NCBI RefSeq assembly: GCF_001194135.2
Contig: NC_068995.1
Coordinates: 45,690,960 to 45,754,959, forward strand
Length of the DNA stretch: 64,000 nt
Origin: Octopus bimaculoides
Taxonomy: Eukaryota
Reading direction: 5' to 3'
Shown one piece after another: positions 1-12,330 of this stretch. Numbering within the stretch: the stretch's first letter is position 1; the number at the start of each line of letters is the position of its first letter. Made by a program: the position numbers and the translations under genes. The notes beneath the pieces were generated by a model, which searched no databases, was not told the DNA's origin, and was given only the letters and a program-made list of their open reading frames with translations.

Positions 1-49
1 GACTTAGTTCATAAATCAATGAGGAAGCCTCTATTATCATCACTTAACC

Positions 50-294
50 CAGGGGTTTTCAAACTTTTTGACTTGCGGACCCCTTTATATTTCAGGCTTT
101 ACCTTATAAACGCTTATGAAATTTATACATAAATATTTGCTTGAAATAACATATATTTTTACATTTATTTATTTAACAGTATTTAACAAATAGGTTTATT
201 GTCAATTAAAAGATTTCGATTTAAAAACATATATAAAATCAAATTGCCCATAAAAAGTATTTGCTGTCCACGGACCACAGTTTGAAAACCCCTG
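50..294. mobile_element. hAT-type MITE
   Basis: TIRs caggggttttcaaact / agtttgaaaacccctg; 8-bp TSD acttaacc / acttgacc. Confidence 0.88.
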
Positions 295-504
295 ACTTGA
301 CCTACTAGAGACAACAGAAAGAAAAAAACTCGTTTAATATCATAATCTACCAACTTATTAGCTGATTTACCTCTAGACGCACTATAGCTGGGGGTGATGG
401 TCACGGCTGGAATGTCCTTGATTATAGGTCTGCTCTGTGAAAGTTGAGCTAGCCTGAAATGACAACAATTCTATTCTTAGTCTGTCTATCTCTCTCTCTC
501 CTGA

Positions 505-630
505 TATGTGGAAGACTTGGGACAATCTGGTGAAGACTGACCTAAAGATATTGAGCCTTTCAGAGCAGATGACAGGGTATTGAGTTAGTGTTATACTGTG
601 CTTGAGAAGACCTGTCCATCTCAGTGAAAT
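505..630 (+). mobile_element. RTE-like LINE C-terminal remnant
   Basis: WKTWDNLVKTDLKILSLSEQMT resembles RTE ends of the type RKTWDEVVKHDLRTLGLTEAMT. Confidence 0.55.
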
Positions 631-1056
631 TGAGGTTCTGTCAAGCCTTCCCCCTCAACTCCTCTTCCGTTTTCTTCACCTCCTGCTACACTGAACTGGT
701 ATCCTCTGTGTCCAACTCATCCCTGCTTTAATCATCTGTCACACTTATTTTCACTCAGGGCACTTGCTATTCTGTCTCACATTCATGTTGTACCGGGACC
801 TAACATCTATCTCTTCTCTCTCACTTTCCAGTTTGGCAAGTCATGCATTCACCTCTTCAGCAAGACACCTGTCCTCTCCCTCTATCATAGTTTCTTTCTC
901 CAGTCTGTACCCTGCTCAGTTGAGGGGTCTTAACATGCAGGTTCTTGCTAACCTCACTGTTGCTGGCCTAGTGCCAAAATTCGAAGCTGTTATTATAAAT
1001 TAGCAGAGGTTACAGAGAGACTCAAGGGCATTTAGGCCAAGGCATGAAAATCTCAG

Positions 1057-1110
<54 letters not shown>

Positions 1111-1482
1111 GAGCAGGAGTGGCTGTGTGGTAAGTACCTTGCTTACCAACCATATGGTTCTGGGTTCAGTCCCACTGCGTGGCACATTGGGCAAGTGTCT
1201 TCTACTATAACCTTGGGTCGATCAAAGCCTTGTGAGTGGATTTGGTAGACGGAAACTGAAAGAAGCTTGTCGTATATGTAATATATATATGTGTATGTAT
1301 ATGTTTGTGTGTCTGTGTATGTCCCCTCAGCATTGCTTGACAACCAGTGATTTGACAAAAGGTGGCTGATAGAATAAGTACTAGGCTTACAAAAAATAAG
1401 TCCTGGGGTTGATTTGTTCGACTAAAGGCGGTGCTGTGCTCCAGCATGGCCACAGTCGAATGACTGAAACAGATAAAAGAAT
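1111..1482 (+). mobile_element. tRNA-derived SINE, family A (full length)
   Basis: A/B-box head tggctgtgtggtaag...gggttcagtccc, internal (TA/TG)n, tail aatgactgaaac-aaaga. Other copies at ~3454-3775 (-), 12508-12650 (-), 20270-20430 (-), 28310-28630 (-), 37935-38095 (+), 50436-50829 (+), 60091-60440 (+), 62770-62930 (-). Confidence 0.85.
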
Positions 1483-2659
1483 ATATATAATGCCTCTCTC
1501 TCTCTCTCTTCAAACACATATGCATATATTTATTTATTTACAGAGAGAGAGAAATCCTTTATTGCAAATGGATCTGCATTCAGTATTTGTATTTCACTAT
1601 CATCCACCACAATTATCTGTACACACCCACCTGTTGTGTACACAGCTCTTGTATGCAGAGATAGAGAGACTCCATATCGCTGATAGAAGCTGCATATCTT
1701 GAACTCTCACTCGTTTCAAGTGGCTTTGCTGCTATCAATTATTCCTTGTTTAGGCCTGAGTATATCATCTTATATAAGTGGCAGAAACTAATTCATTTAG
1801 TTCACCAAATCATTTGGAGCTTGCTCCTTTGCAATTTGTCTTTTATGTGAGTTTGCATTGGCTCAGTGGCTCAAGCGTTGAGCTTGCAGTCATGAGGTAA
1901 TGAGTTTGATTCCCAGACTGGTCTGTGAGTTGTGACATCACTGATGCCAAGCAGTATTGGCCATTGCCTCTCCCTTGAATAACATCGGTGGTGTGGAGAA
2001 GAGAGGCTGATATGCATGGGTGACTGCTGGTCTTCCATAAGTAACCTTGTCTAGATTAGTGTTTCAGAGGGTAACTTTCTAGGTACAATTTCATGGTCAT
2101 TCGTGACTGAAGGGGATCTTTACCCTTTATGTCTAACACAGCCTATATTCAGTTGATGAAATTCTAATCACTGTTGACCAGTAGTTCTCAACCACAGCTC
2201 CCAGGGGCACATGCTGCTCTTGACGGTTTTCCCTCTTTATAATAAATTTTCCTTTAATTGACTTGTTTTAATTTTGATGCATTCCTCCCTCCCTACAAAA
2301 AAATCCAGGTTTGGTATCATCATCATCATCATCATCATCAACTTTTAACATCTGTTTTCTCTGCTGGCATGGGTTGGATGCTTGACAGGGACTGGCAAGG
2401 CTAGGGGTCGCACCAGGTTCTGTAACCTATTTCAACTTGAATTTCACAGTTGGATGCCCTGCCTTATGCTGATCACTCCACAGAGTGTACTGGGTGCTTT
2501 TTATGTGGCACCAGTGCCTTTTATGTGACACTCTGAATTTTAGGATCTCAATGTGTGTGTGTTTATGTCTGTGTTTGTCTCCTCCCACTCTTCCCCGCCA
2601 CCACTTGACTAAAGTATTGGGTTTGATACATTTGACTAAAAATATATATATATATACCA

Positions 2660-3015
2660 TCATCATCATCATCATCGTTTAACATCCGCTTTCCATGCTA
2701 GCATGGGTTGGACGATTTGACTGAGGACTGGTGAAACCCGATGGCTACACCTGGCTGCAATCTGATTTGGCAGAGTTTCTACAGCTGGATGCCCTTCCTA
2801 ACGCCAACCTCTCCGAGAGTGTAGTGGGTGCTTTTAGGTGTCACCGGCACGAAGGCCAGTCAGGCGGTACTGGCAACGGCCACGCTCAAAATGGTGTATT
2901 TTATGTGCCACCCGCACAAGAGCCAGTCCAGGGGCACTGGCAACGATCTCGCTCGAAAGTTCTTACACATGCTGCAGGCACAAGTGCCAGAAAGGCGACG
3001 CTGGGCACAGGTGCC
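2660..3015 (-). mobile_element. Retroposon family C with (GAT)n tail
   Basis: Ends ggaaagcggatgttaaacgatgatgat. Further copies at ~13870-14070 (-), 26395-26690 (-), 31940-32226 (+), 63095-63345 (+), and many short 3' fragments. Confidence 0.82.
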
Positions 3016-3137
3016 AAAAAAAAAAAAATATATATAAGGCATAGCAATACTAATAACCTGGTGTTTTGAACTCAATATAGATATGCTTCAGGATAAAATG
3101 TTAGTAGAGTACAGAGTGTAATGTGAAATTAAATAAA

Positions 3138-3392
3138 TGACAAAGGAACAAGAAATTATGCTATCAATTTCATTAGCTTATAGCTGTTGGTGCTACAAAG
3201 TGCAGTGCACTCAGAACTGAGTGCTTGTACATCACTTTATAGCTTCCTCAGAGCTTGTAAAATGAAGTGCAAGTTTATTTGCGAAAGCTATTAGTTGATG
3301 CACAAGCACTTTGTATTGAGTGCACTGTATTTTGTGGCAGAAACGGCTGTAAGCTAATGAAGTTCATTGCACAATTTCCTATTCTTTTGTCA
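3138..3392. repeat. 255-bp gap-free fold-back inverted repeat
   Basis: 110-bp arms at 3138-3247 and 3283-3392, ~87/110 identical; inner pairing gagcttgta / tgcaagttt leaves a loop of ~8 nt. Confidence 0.92.
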
Positions 3393-3418
3393 ATTGTATG
3401 TATGTATGTAAATATATG

Positions 3419-3457
<39 letters not shown>

Positions 3458-4019
3458 TTGTTTCAGTCATTTGACTGTGGCCAAGCTGGAGCACCGCCTT
3501 AAAGGGGTTTTGGTTTTAGTTGAAGAAATCGACTCCAGGACTTATTCTTTGTAAATCTAGTACCTATCCTATTGGTCTCTTATGCTAAACTGCTAAGTTA
3601 CAGAGGACATAAACACACCAGCATCAGTTGTCAAGAGATGGCAGAGGTGGTGGGGGCAAACAGATACATGCATAAACACACACACGATGGGCTTCTTTCA
3701 GTTTCCGTCTACCAAATCCCTCACAATGCTTTGGTCAGCCCGAGGCTCTAGCAGAAGACACTTACCCAAGGTGCTATGAAGATATGTAGTATATTTTATG
3801 ACAGATTGTGTAAATATATTCGCTTTTATAATCAACCTTCTCCCCTCTCCCCCCACTTTTCTGTCTTTCACGCATTCTCTCTATTATTTTGTCATTCTCT
3901 CTCTATCTCTTTCTGTATCTTTTTATCTATTTCTCTCTATCCTCATCTCTCTCTCTCTCTCATACACACCACGTTAGTCTTTTACTGCTGTTGCAACTTC
4001 TGCTGTTTACCAATATTCC

Positions 4020-4230
4020 TTACAATGCAACTGCTGTAGCAGACTTTTAAGAAGCACGTGTGAAGAGCTGACGTGCTGCCATCTTTACAAGATAATTCGG
4101 GATGCTGCTGCTAGTGGCAATTGTTGCTCCGCTTCCTATTTCTCTGTTTACCGTTTCGTCTTGGAGTTCTTCAGAAACATTAATATAATATTATAAGTTA
4201 GGTAGGCAGGCAAAACGCCGTTTCTTTCTC
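4020..4230. promoter_or_regulatory. Putative CpG-retaining promoter or first-exon region
   Basis: Non-repetitive and CpG-containing. E-box CACGTG at 4055-4060, TGACGT at 4069-4074, YY1-like GCCATCTTT at 4078-4086, possible donor tag|GTAGGC at 4202. Confidence 0.35.
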
Positions 4231-4399
4231 TGTTATATTTATTATTCATTCCCTTTTCTTAATCTTTTTTTTTTCCATTTAATATTTCTTTAATTCCCTA
4301 CAAAAATACAGGGTGTTTACACATTCGTACACAAATGTATGGTGTATGTGTTTATTTAAATTATGCTGTGTGTATAGTTACATATAGTGTCTGTGTATA

Positions 4400-4800
4400 T
4401 ATAAAATATGGTGGAGGGGTTATATATACATAAAATATGTCTTTATATATATATTCATTATATGGTATGTGTTTGTGTATCTCTCTCTATGTGTGTGAGA
4501 TATGGGGTACGTGTGCGCATAAAATATGGGGTGTATGTATATATATTTAATGCGGGTATATGTGGGTGTATATATTATATATATATATGAAAAATACGAG
4601 TACGTGTGCGTATATGAAATACGGGTATGTGTGTATATGAAATACGGGTGTGTATGTTAAATACGGGTACGAATATATGTAAAATATGGGTATGTATATA
4701 TAATTATAATATGGGATATGTGTATATATGTAAAATATGGTTATGTGTGTATATATTTATGTATACACACACATACACTTGAGTATACATAAAATCTGGG

Positions 4801-4810
<10 letters not shown>
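4400..4810. repeat. Degenerate ~20-24-bp AT-rich minisatellite
   Basis: Recurrent aaata(c/t)gggt(a/g)tgtgtgtatatg units. Confidence 0.75.
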
Positions 4811-4846
<36 letters not shown>

Positions 4847-6306
4847 AATATCCTTTTCTGTATCCTTGTTGTTTAGCCACATGTCAGAGCAATTCTGTCA
4901 TCAAAGGCGTTCTAGCCGTGACCACCACACGTCTAATATCATTGTTATTATTATTCTATGTTTCCGTGGTTATATTTTCTAATATATTGCCAAACACGAT
5001 TTGGCTGTTCTGTCGATGAATACCCGACCGTATCGCCTTCCTTTTGGAGGAAATGCATGAATGATCGCTAAATTTCATATATATATATAAACTATATTAT
5101 TGTTGTCAGTTTCACGCCAAGTTAATCCTGGTTTAGCAGATCCTATGATCAAGGATGTTCCAACCGTGACTGTCCTGTTTTTCGGGTAGATTTGGTTGTT
5201 ATTTCTAGAAGCCTCCACCGTTTCTGTCGTTCACATTAAATGGCGCTGACGCGATGTTACTTGAATGTCTTCGGTTATTTGCAGTACGAACACTTTGCCT
5301 GTCTTTTTGAAGGACTCGGCTGCTAAGTTGATAATAATGAAGGCTTGCTGAGAGGAAATTACGTGAAGCCCATGTCAATCCAAACAACGCCGTCTTCGGT
5401 GTCAATTGCGTTATGAAGCTTTATAATCCCCTCCACTCACAAAAAAAAAGGAAGCAAACTGAAATAATAGACGGTCTCGTGCTCTACTGTGTCCCTAAAG
5501 ATTCATGGTAGTCCTTTGGAGTATCGATAAATCAAACCAGCGAAATGTTTTGTTGTGCAACCCCCCCCCCCAAATCAGCTCTGATTGAAGTGACCAATGT
5601 TCAGAGAGCCAGTCGTGACCATCCCGTCTGAGTTTGTTTCAACGCACCCAGCACTGCGTTATCTTGTATACACACTTCTCAGTTTCCTTTTTAAAGACAG
5701 CAGGGAGTGATTTAAAAGCGATTTAGCTATTTCTGGACTGATCGATGCTCTTCCCTCTCACCCCCACCCCAATCTTTGGTTTCTAGAAAGCACCATCTGT
5801 TGTTGTTTGGTCCCAAATCAGCCCTGATCCTATAAACCAGAGCCCAGCGAGAAACGCCTAGTTTTCTTTACTCTTCTATACTGGATTAACGTGTGCCTTC
5901 TTTTTTTCTAAAAATGAGATGCAGTTGTTATTTCTAGCAAACCTAGTGATCGTGTAGTGCCCTCTGTCTGTTACTAAGGCTGGTGTTTGTGTGTCACGGG
6001 CTACATGCTTGTATGTATACGTTTCTGTGTGTGTGTGTGTGATGAGAAATCAGTCTTGTCATTTAACTAGCTGGATTTGGTGGGGGATGGAGGTGGTGCC
6101 AGTGGTAACGATATGGTTGTAGTGAAGATAGCGGTAAATTCAACAAAGATTTAGCAGCTATTACTAGCAGGTCAAGCCGCCACTTAGATGCCTCCTTATG
6201 ATCTCTGTTCGAACTGTTGTATTGCGGTACTGTGAATAGTAATGATATGGTGATCATGGTCTGGGGAATGGTTTTGCTCTCTGGGGGTGGGGGTTATAAT
6301 TTAAAC

Positions 6307-6568
6307 CAGTGGATCTCAACCAGGTTCCACATGACCTTTGGGAGGGGGTGGGGGCATATGATTTTGTTGCTAAAATTTATATGCAGCAGATTTATTACAT
6401 TTCTACAGTACACAGAATATTTTAACAATTTTTGTTTCAAGCAGTTCCTAATAATGTTTAATTATAAAAATATAATTGGACTTTTTAATCGTCAAATGGT
6501 TGTGGGGTCCACCCGAGTAAAACGGGAATCAAAGAGGTCCATAAGTGAAAAATGGTTGAGTACCACTG
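6307..6568. mobile_element. hAT-type MITE
   Basis: TIRs cagtggatctcaacca / tggttgagtaccactg; perfect 8-bp TSD atttaaac. Confidence 0.9.
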
Positions 6569-6644
6569 ATTTAAACAGCCTTCTAGCTTACCAACCCCTG
6601 ATCAAAGAGTCCAACCCATGCCAGCATGGACAACGGACGTTAAA

Positions 6645-7010
6645 TGATGATGATGATGATGATGATGGTTATGATACCGTAGTTGTGGTGGTGGTGTTAC
6701 TACAAGTTGGTGTAGTTTTGATAATGGTAGTTATTGTGGTTCTGCTAATGATAATGATGGTAGCACTGGCGGTCATTGAGATAATTATAGTGCGAGTTAA
6801 CGACTGTGTTTGCTATTGTGTTGGTGATGGTCATGATGGTGTGGTTGTTATGGTAGCAGTGGTCATGATAGCTGTTGTTCTAGAGGTGGTGATGTGGTTA
6901 GTGACCATTATCGCGAAAGCTGTGGTAGGAGGGATGGTCATTTCGGTTGTTGTAGTGGTAGTAGTGAACGTTTTCATGGATGCTGCTGTAGTGGTGATTG
7001 ATGTGAGGCT
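6645..7010. repeat. Low-complexity GAT/GGT/GTT triplet tract
   Basis: Explains the V/M/I-rich 268-aa ORF. Confidence 0.8.
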
Positions 7011-8707
7011 CCCAAAAATATAACTGGGTGTATATTGTATCTCTAACACATTTATACACACACAAAAAATGTGTTTGCGAGTATGTGTGTGTGTGTTTTA
7101 TTCTGTGTTGTTTTTGTTTCTCTTTTTTATTTTATCTAATCTCTCCTCTTCTCTCAGTCTCTCTCTCTCTCTCTCTCTCCCCCTGTCTCAATTCCTCATC
7201 TCCTCATCTCTCTTCCCTGTCTCAGTTTTTCAGCTCTATTTCGCTCTTTCTCTCTCTTGAAGAAACTATCAATCAAGAGTTCTGTTAAAATGTCTGGTGG
7301 CTATGAAAAATGTGTGTGTGTGTAAGATCATATGATTGTGAAAGAAAATGTGTGCTGCATGATTATGCAAGTCTGCTTGTGTGTCAGACTCTGTGGCTGC
7401 TTTCATGCATGAAGGATTTTGTTATGCTGTGGACCACTTCAATTTCAGGAAGCATTTAAAATGTTAAAACTTTCACTTGACCAGAACTTGGCTGCATTCT
7501 CTTGTCTTTGACTTTGATATGATATCAGCATCAAACCAGCCAACTTAAGTCGGATGGTTAAACGCTATGGTGGAATGGTAGTTTGATCTCTACGCAGCCA
7601 AGGTGCTTTAGCAATTTCTTAAACCTACCAACCACCTTGCCAAATTTTACCTGTAATTATCCTGTGGCTACACAACACCACACAAACCACCAACTCACCC
7701 TCCCCTTTTTCACTGATTCTTCCATCCCCTATCCAGTCAAAGCTCATCATCCATTCATTGAGATATTCCTCTCATCTGCTTCTTACTCAAGATCTGTACA
7801 GCCATCACTTATTGTCCCCACACAAATTTGATCCCTCAAACTCCAAATATCCAAATGTCTGGACTAGTCTTTCTCATCTTTGCTAGCGGCCCTCTCATCA
7901 CACATCAATAACATCAACCATATTCATACTCTTTGCCTCCTCAATTCCTCCTCTCCAGCCCCGTACCAGCTACTTTTCATCTTGGATGTTAGGTCACAAT
8001 AACCTTAATACTTAGAAAGCACTGTAAAGTAGAGTCTGTCTAAGAGAACAGCATTTTTATTCCCACTTAAATGTGTATTTTCTGCTAGAACAAACTCTAC
8101 TGTGATAGATATGACAGAAGCTCCCAGGATGGCTTTTTGGTGCAAAATGTAGTCTTGTTTACATCACTAGCAGGGAGCTAAATCCCTGCTCCTCCACTGC
8201 TGAGACACCCACATGGGTAGCATGGGTTAAACAATTATTTGTTATTGAGATATGTCACAGCTAGGGACACTTCCTGTCACTAACCTTAACATATTTCTCA
8301 AGTAAGCGATCACTTAACCCACGTTTTTGAAACTGTTAGGGTCAGTGAACAATTTGTAGACTGGGAAATGAAAACCAACTTCATATATTGCACAACACTT
8401 TTTCCTGAAAAAGTGTTGTGCAGGATGTAAATATTTGCTTACACACATGTGCACGTGCATGTGTGTGTATATATATGGCGCAGTGGCTAAGTGTGTTGCA
8501 CTCACGAACAGGAAATCACGAGTTTGATTCCCAGACCAGCTGTGCATTGTATCTTTGAGCAAAACACTTCATTTCATATTGCTCCAGTCCACTCAGCTGT
8601 ATGTGGGTAATTCTGAGAGACTAACCTTCCAATCAGCAGGAATGTTGGCATCATTTGAAAGCTAAAACTGATGCAAAGTGCATTAGTCTAGTTAATCATG
8701 TGATCAT

Positions 8708-8752
<45 letters not shown>

Positions 8753-8944
8753 TTCAATATGGAGCAAATAATTCACGAAAAAATAATTTATGAAGATACT
8801 ATTGACTCTATTATTATCTAGTGTAACAATTTAAAAATGATAATAACAGAATCAATAATACAGGCACTTTCAGCCCCCACCCCCAAAGCATTAAATAGCT
8901 GAAGACATACCTAGTATGTCCTTTGATTAATTTTAATATATATA

Positions 8945-9624
8945 TCTATCTTCTATACGTATAAATTTGACATGGGCAATTCTTTCTTGTCTTGGGATTC
9001 ATGGTCAAACGGGTGGGTGGAATTGCGTGAAAAATTACACAGATGTGTAGAATGATCTGGTGGTGATGCTGGGCTTTGTATTTTTTCATAGCTCCAATGG
9101 TTACCGAGATAATCTACTATAGTAATACTCCTGTGTTTATGAATGAGAAAGGAAGGGGTGAGAGATGAATAAGGAAGGAAGGGGTGATGTCATACTTGGT
9201 AGTGGGATGAGGAAAATTGTACGCTGAAAAAATAATTCAGTGTTTCAACTCTGTGTGAATATATGTATGTAAAAGGGGGGTATGTGAATGTGTGTGTTGT
9301 GCATGTGCGTGCGCAATGGAAGTGGGATGGTGAACATCCAATGCTGAAAAGAAAAATCAAATAGCGTTTCAACTCTGTGTATTTGGTATTTTCTTGCCAG
9401 CTCCTGTATTTAGTCATGGCCAACTTTATGTGGCCTTAAGTTGGACAAGAAGGAAGGAAAACTTGAAAATTCGTTTGAAGGAAACAAGCAGTCAAAGAAT
9501 GTTAGTTGCGGATAGATTTTTCACAAAATATTTAGAAATAAAAGAATTATTAAATCAAAATCTTGGTTTTGTACCTTATTTATATATAAAATACTACAAT
9601 TTTGACGGCACGGGGCCCAGCTAG
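8945..9624 (+). mobile_element. Non-autonomous Helitron with PIF1-helicase C-terminal fragment
   Basis: GIFLPAPVFSHGQLYVALSW...LKI at 9385-9550. 3' end gacggcacggggcccagCTAG followed by T; candidate 5' end A|TCTATC at 8945. Confidence 0.78.
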
Positions 9625-10858
9625 TATATACATCACAATCTCTCTCACACGCACAAACAAACAAGCTTCGTACAGTTTCCCCTCTACTAAATTTACTGAA
9701 GGCATTGGTTAGTCCCAAGCCTACAACAGAAGACAATTGCTCAAGTTGCTGCATAGTGGGGTTGAACTGCAAGTACCAGTTACGCACTGGGGTCGATGTA
9801 ATCGACTTAATCCCTTTGTCTGTCCTTGTTTATCCCCTCTATGTTTAGCCCCTTGTGGGCAATAAAGAAATATATATATATCTGTGTACATGTGTCTTTG
9901 TGTCTTTTTTCCCTCCGCCACTTCTTGACAACCAGTGTTGGTCTGTTTATGTCCCTGTGACTTAGTTGTGAAGCAAAAGAAACCAATAAAACAAAAAACA
10001 ATGTTTCAGGGTCAATTCATTCAACTAAAATTCTTCAAGGCGATGCCCCAGCATAACTGCAGTCTAATGAGTGAAACGAATAAAAGATAAAAATATGAAC
10101 ACACCTTACACATACCTGGCTAACCTTTCCTTATTACATTCTACCTCACTGACATTTCAAAAAAAAAAAAATATACATTATTGTATTAAATACCAACATT
10201 ATCGTTTACTGTATAATAATAAAATAGTCACCAGTTAGTTGATCGTTTTTAGGGACCAACACCTGATTACTAAGGCCTGTGTTGTCCCAGTTCAGTTTTT
10301 CCAGCTTCTCCCACCTTCACCTTATGTTTAGGGGGTGGCACTCCTCTTTCATACTTTCATCATGAACAATTCGTTTTCTGTTTAAATATTGTTGCCCCCC
10401 CTTTAAACCTCCTCTCCAACACCCTCTCATTTCTACCCATATAATCACACACACACACACACACACACACATTCACTGACACATAGACTCGCCTCACTCC
10501 CCACCTTCTCTTCCCCATTCACACTTCACCACCCAGACAAACATTCACCTATACCTGCAATTATGATTTATGTTGCTTTGCTCATCACATTACGCAGTAA
10601 CTTCTTGCTTCACTCATCCCACACACACACACACACACCCTTCTCTCTCTCTTTCTCTGTCTGTCTGTTTCTCTGTCTCTCTCTCTCTCTCTGTCTCGCT
10701 CACACCTTAACTCCTGTTTCACTCACTCTCCTATATAAACACACTTCACTAACATATTTCCCTTCATCATCCATTTACACACACATTTTGTCTGTCTGTC
10801 TGACACCTTGCACATACCACACACTACCGTTTTGTCTTACTCATCATATACACTATCA

Positions 10859-10893
<35 letters not shown>

Positions 10894-11543
10894 GCACTCT
10901 TCACATTTATTGCATTTTACCGTACCACTTTGTCTCATGCTTCGTGAACACACACACTCTCTCTCTCTCGCTCTCTCTCTGTCACATGCACATCAGTTTT
11001 ACCTCTTTTGTCATGCTTATTTCCCTTACCACTGTTCACTCTTCTTTACCTAAAAACAAATTCTTTACCTGACTACTTCCTGTCTCCCATTCAAACCTTT
11101 TATATCTTCAAAACTAAAACAATTTTTTTTCTTTTTTTTACCTTTCACTTTGACATGGTTAATATGCTACCTGAATCCGATAAGACTGACGTGATTGATA
11201 TCCAGTCTGAACATCTGGTGATCTCTGTGACTGATGTGAATTGACTTGACTAATATCCAGCCCTTTCAGGGTTTGATAACATAAATAGCAATGAAATTGA
11301 AGGATTCATATAACTGACTGTTCATCTCCCACCTCCCAAATTTGTGGCATTATACCAGTGTTAAAAACTATTATTGACCTGAAAGCCAGGTCTTCAGATA
11401 CTCTTGGAGCACCAGTTGGTCTATGGTATCAGTTGCTTTTCTCTCGGCAGGAATTAAACTGGATACCTTGAACAGGCTTCTGTGTGTGCGCTTGTGAGTG
11501 TATGTATCTAGATGGTGTAGTAATGTGTGTGTGTATATTATAT

Positions 11544-11583
<40 letters not shown>

Positions 11584-11795
11584 TTATTGTTTTGTTGATG
11601 TAATGACTCTCTCAAGACAATAAAATTTTTGTTTCGACACAAAAGTATCTTGTAAACCAAATACAAAAGCAAAATACACACATTCACTCTTTACTGTCAA
11701 TGTTATGTAGTATTGGGTATATATATCAAATAGCATTGTGATGATTGTTTTATACATACATATATATGTGTGTGTGTGTAAATGCCTCTAAATAT

Positions 11796-12105
11796 GACTA
11801 GGGTGTCAGAACACCTACGTTGTTAGAAATAAGAGCTAAAAAGCTCTAATTCTGTAGTTAAATCACCTAATTGTATACATATGTACTGACAGGGATTGTA
11901 ATCACCCCAAAACACTGGTTCAAAAATTCCCTATACTGATCGGTCAGTTTTGGCTTATTCCATCGCCTTGGGTAATTACAGTTCCTGCCAGTACATATGT
12001 ATACAATTAGGTTCATTAATTACAGCTTTAGAATTTTTTAGCTCTTTAACCTTTGGGCTTTTTAGTTCTTATTTCTAGCAATGTAGGTGTTCTAACACCT
12101 AAGTC
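11796..12105. mobile_element. Long-TIR fold-back element (MITE-like)
   Basis: Arms ~11796-11910 and ~11968-12105, e.g. agaacacctac / gtaggtgttct and aattgtatacatatgtactg / cagtacatatgtatacaatt. Confidence 0.85.
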
Positions 12106-12215
12106 CAGTGGTTCCCAACCTTTTCACAGTGTTTCCCAACCCTTTTATTTGAATGACTTTTCCCACAGACCCCTTTTAATATGCTTATCCTTATGTATGT
12201 TTTATGTATGTATGT

Positions 12216-12260
<45 letters not shown>

Positions 12261-12330
12261 ATGTGAAATTTTGAATTTAATTCATGGACCTCCAGTACTA
12301 CCTTTGCGGACCACAAGTTGGGAACCACTA
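12106..12330. mobile_element. hAT-type MITE
   Basis: TIRs cagtggttcccaac / gttgggaaccacta; degenerate TSD cctaagtc / ccttactc. Confidence 0.8.

Noticed and set aside
1610-1730. Possible - strand exon ending cag|gtgggt
   Set aside because: No convincing acceptor and no recognisable protein.
5209-5255. KPPPFLSFTLNGADA as the MEK N-terminus
   Set aside because: The upstream TAG belongs to a dispersed repeat (…ttatttctag…), there is no ATG, and the donor GTTACT is poor.
5266-5350. Possible - strand exon QAFIIINLAAESFKKTGKVFVLQITEDIQ
   Set aside because: Splice signals are plausible but there is no partner exon or homology; unsupported.
6217-7023. 268-aa ORF, the longest gap-free ORF in the track
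   Set aside because: Made of a hAT MITE plus GAT/GGT/GTT low-complexity repeats; no protein-like content.
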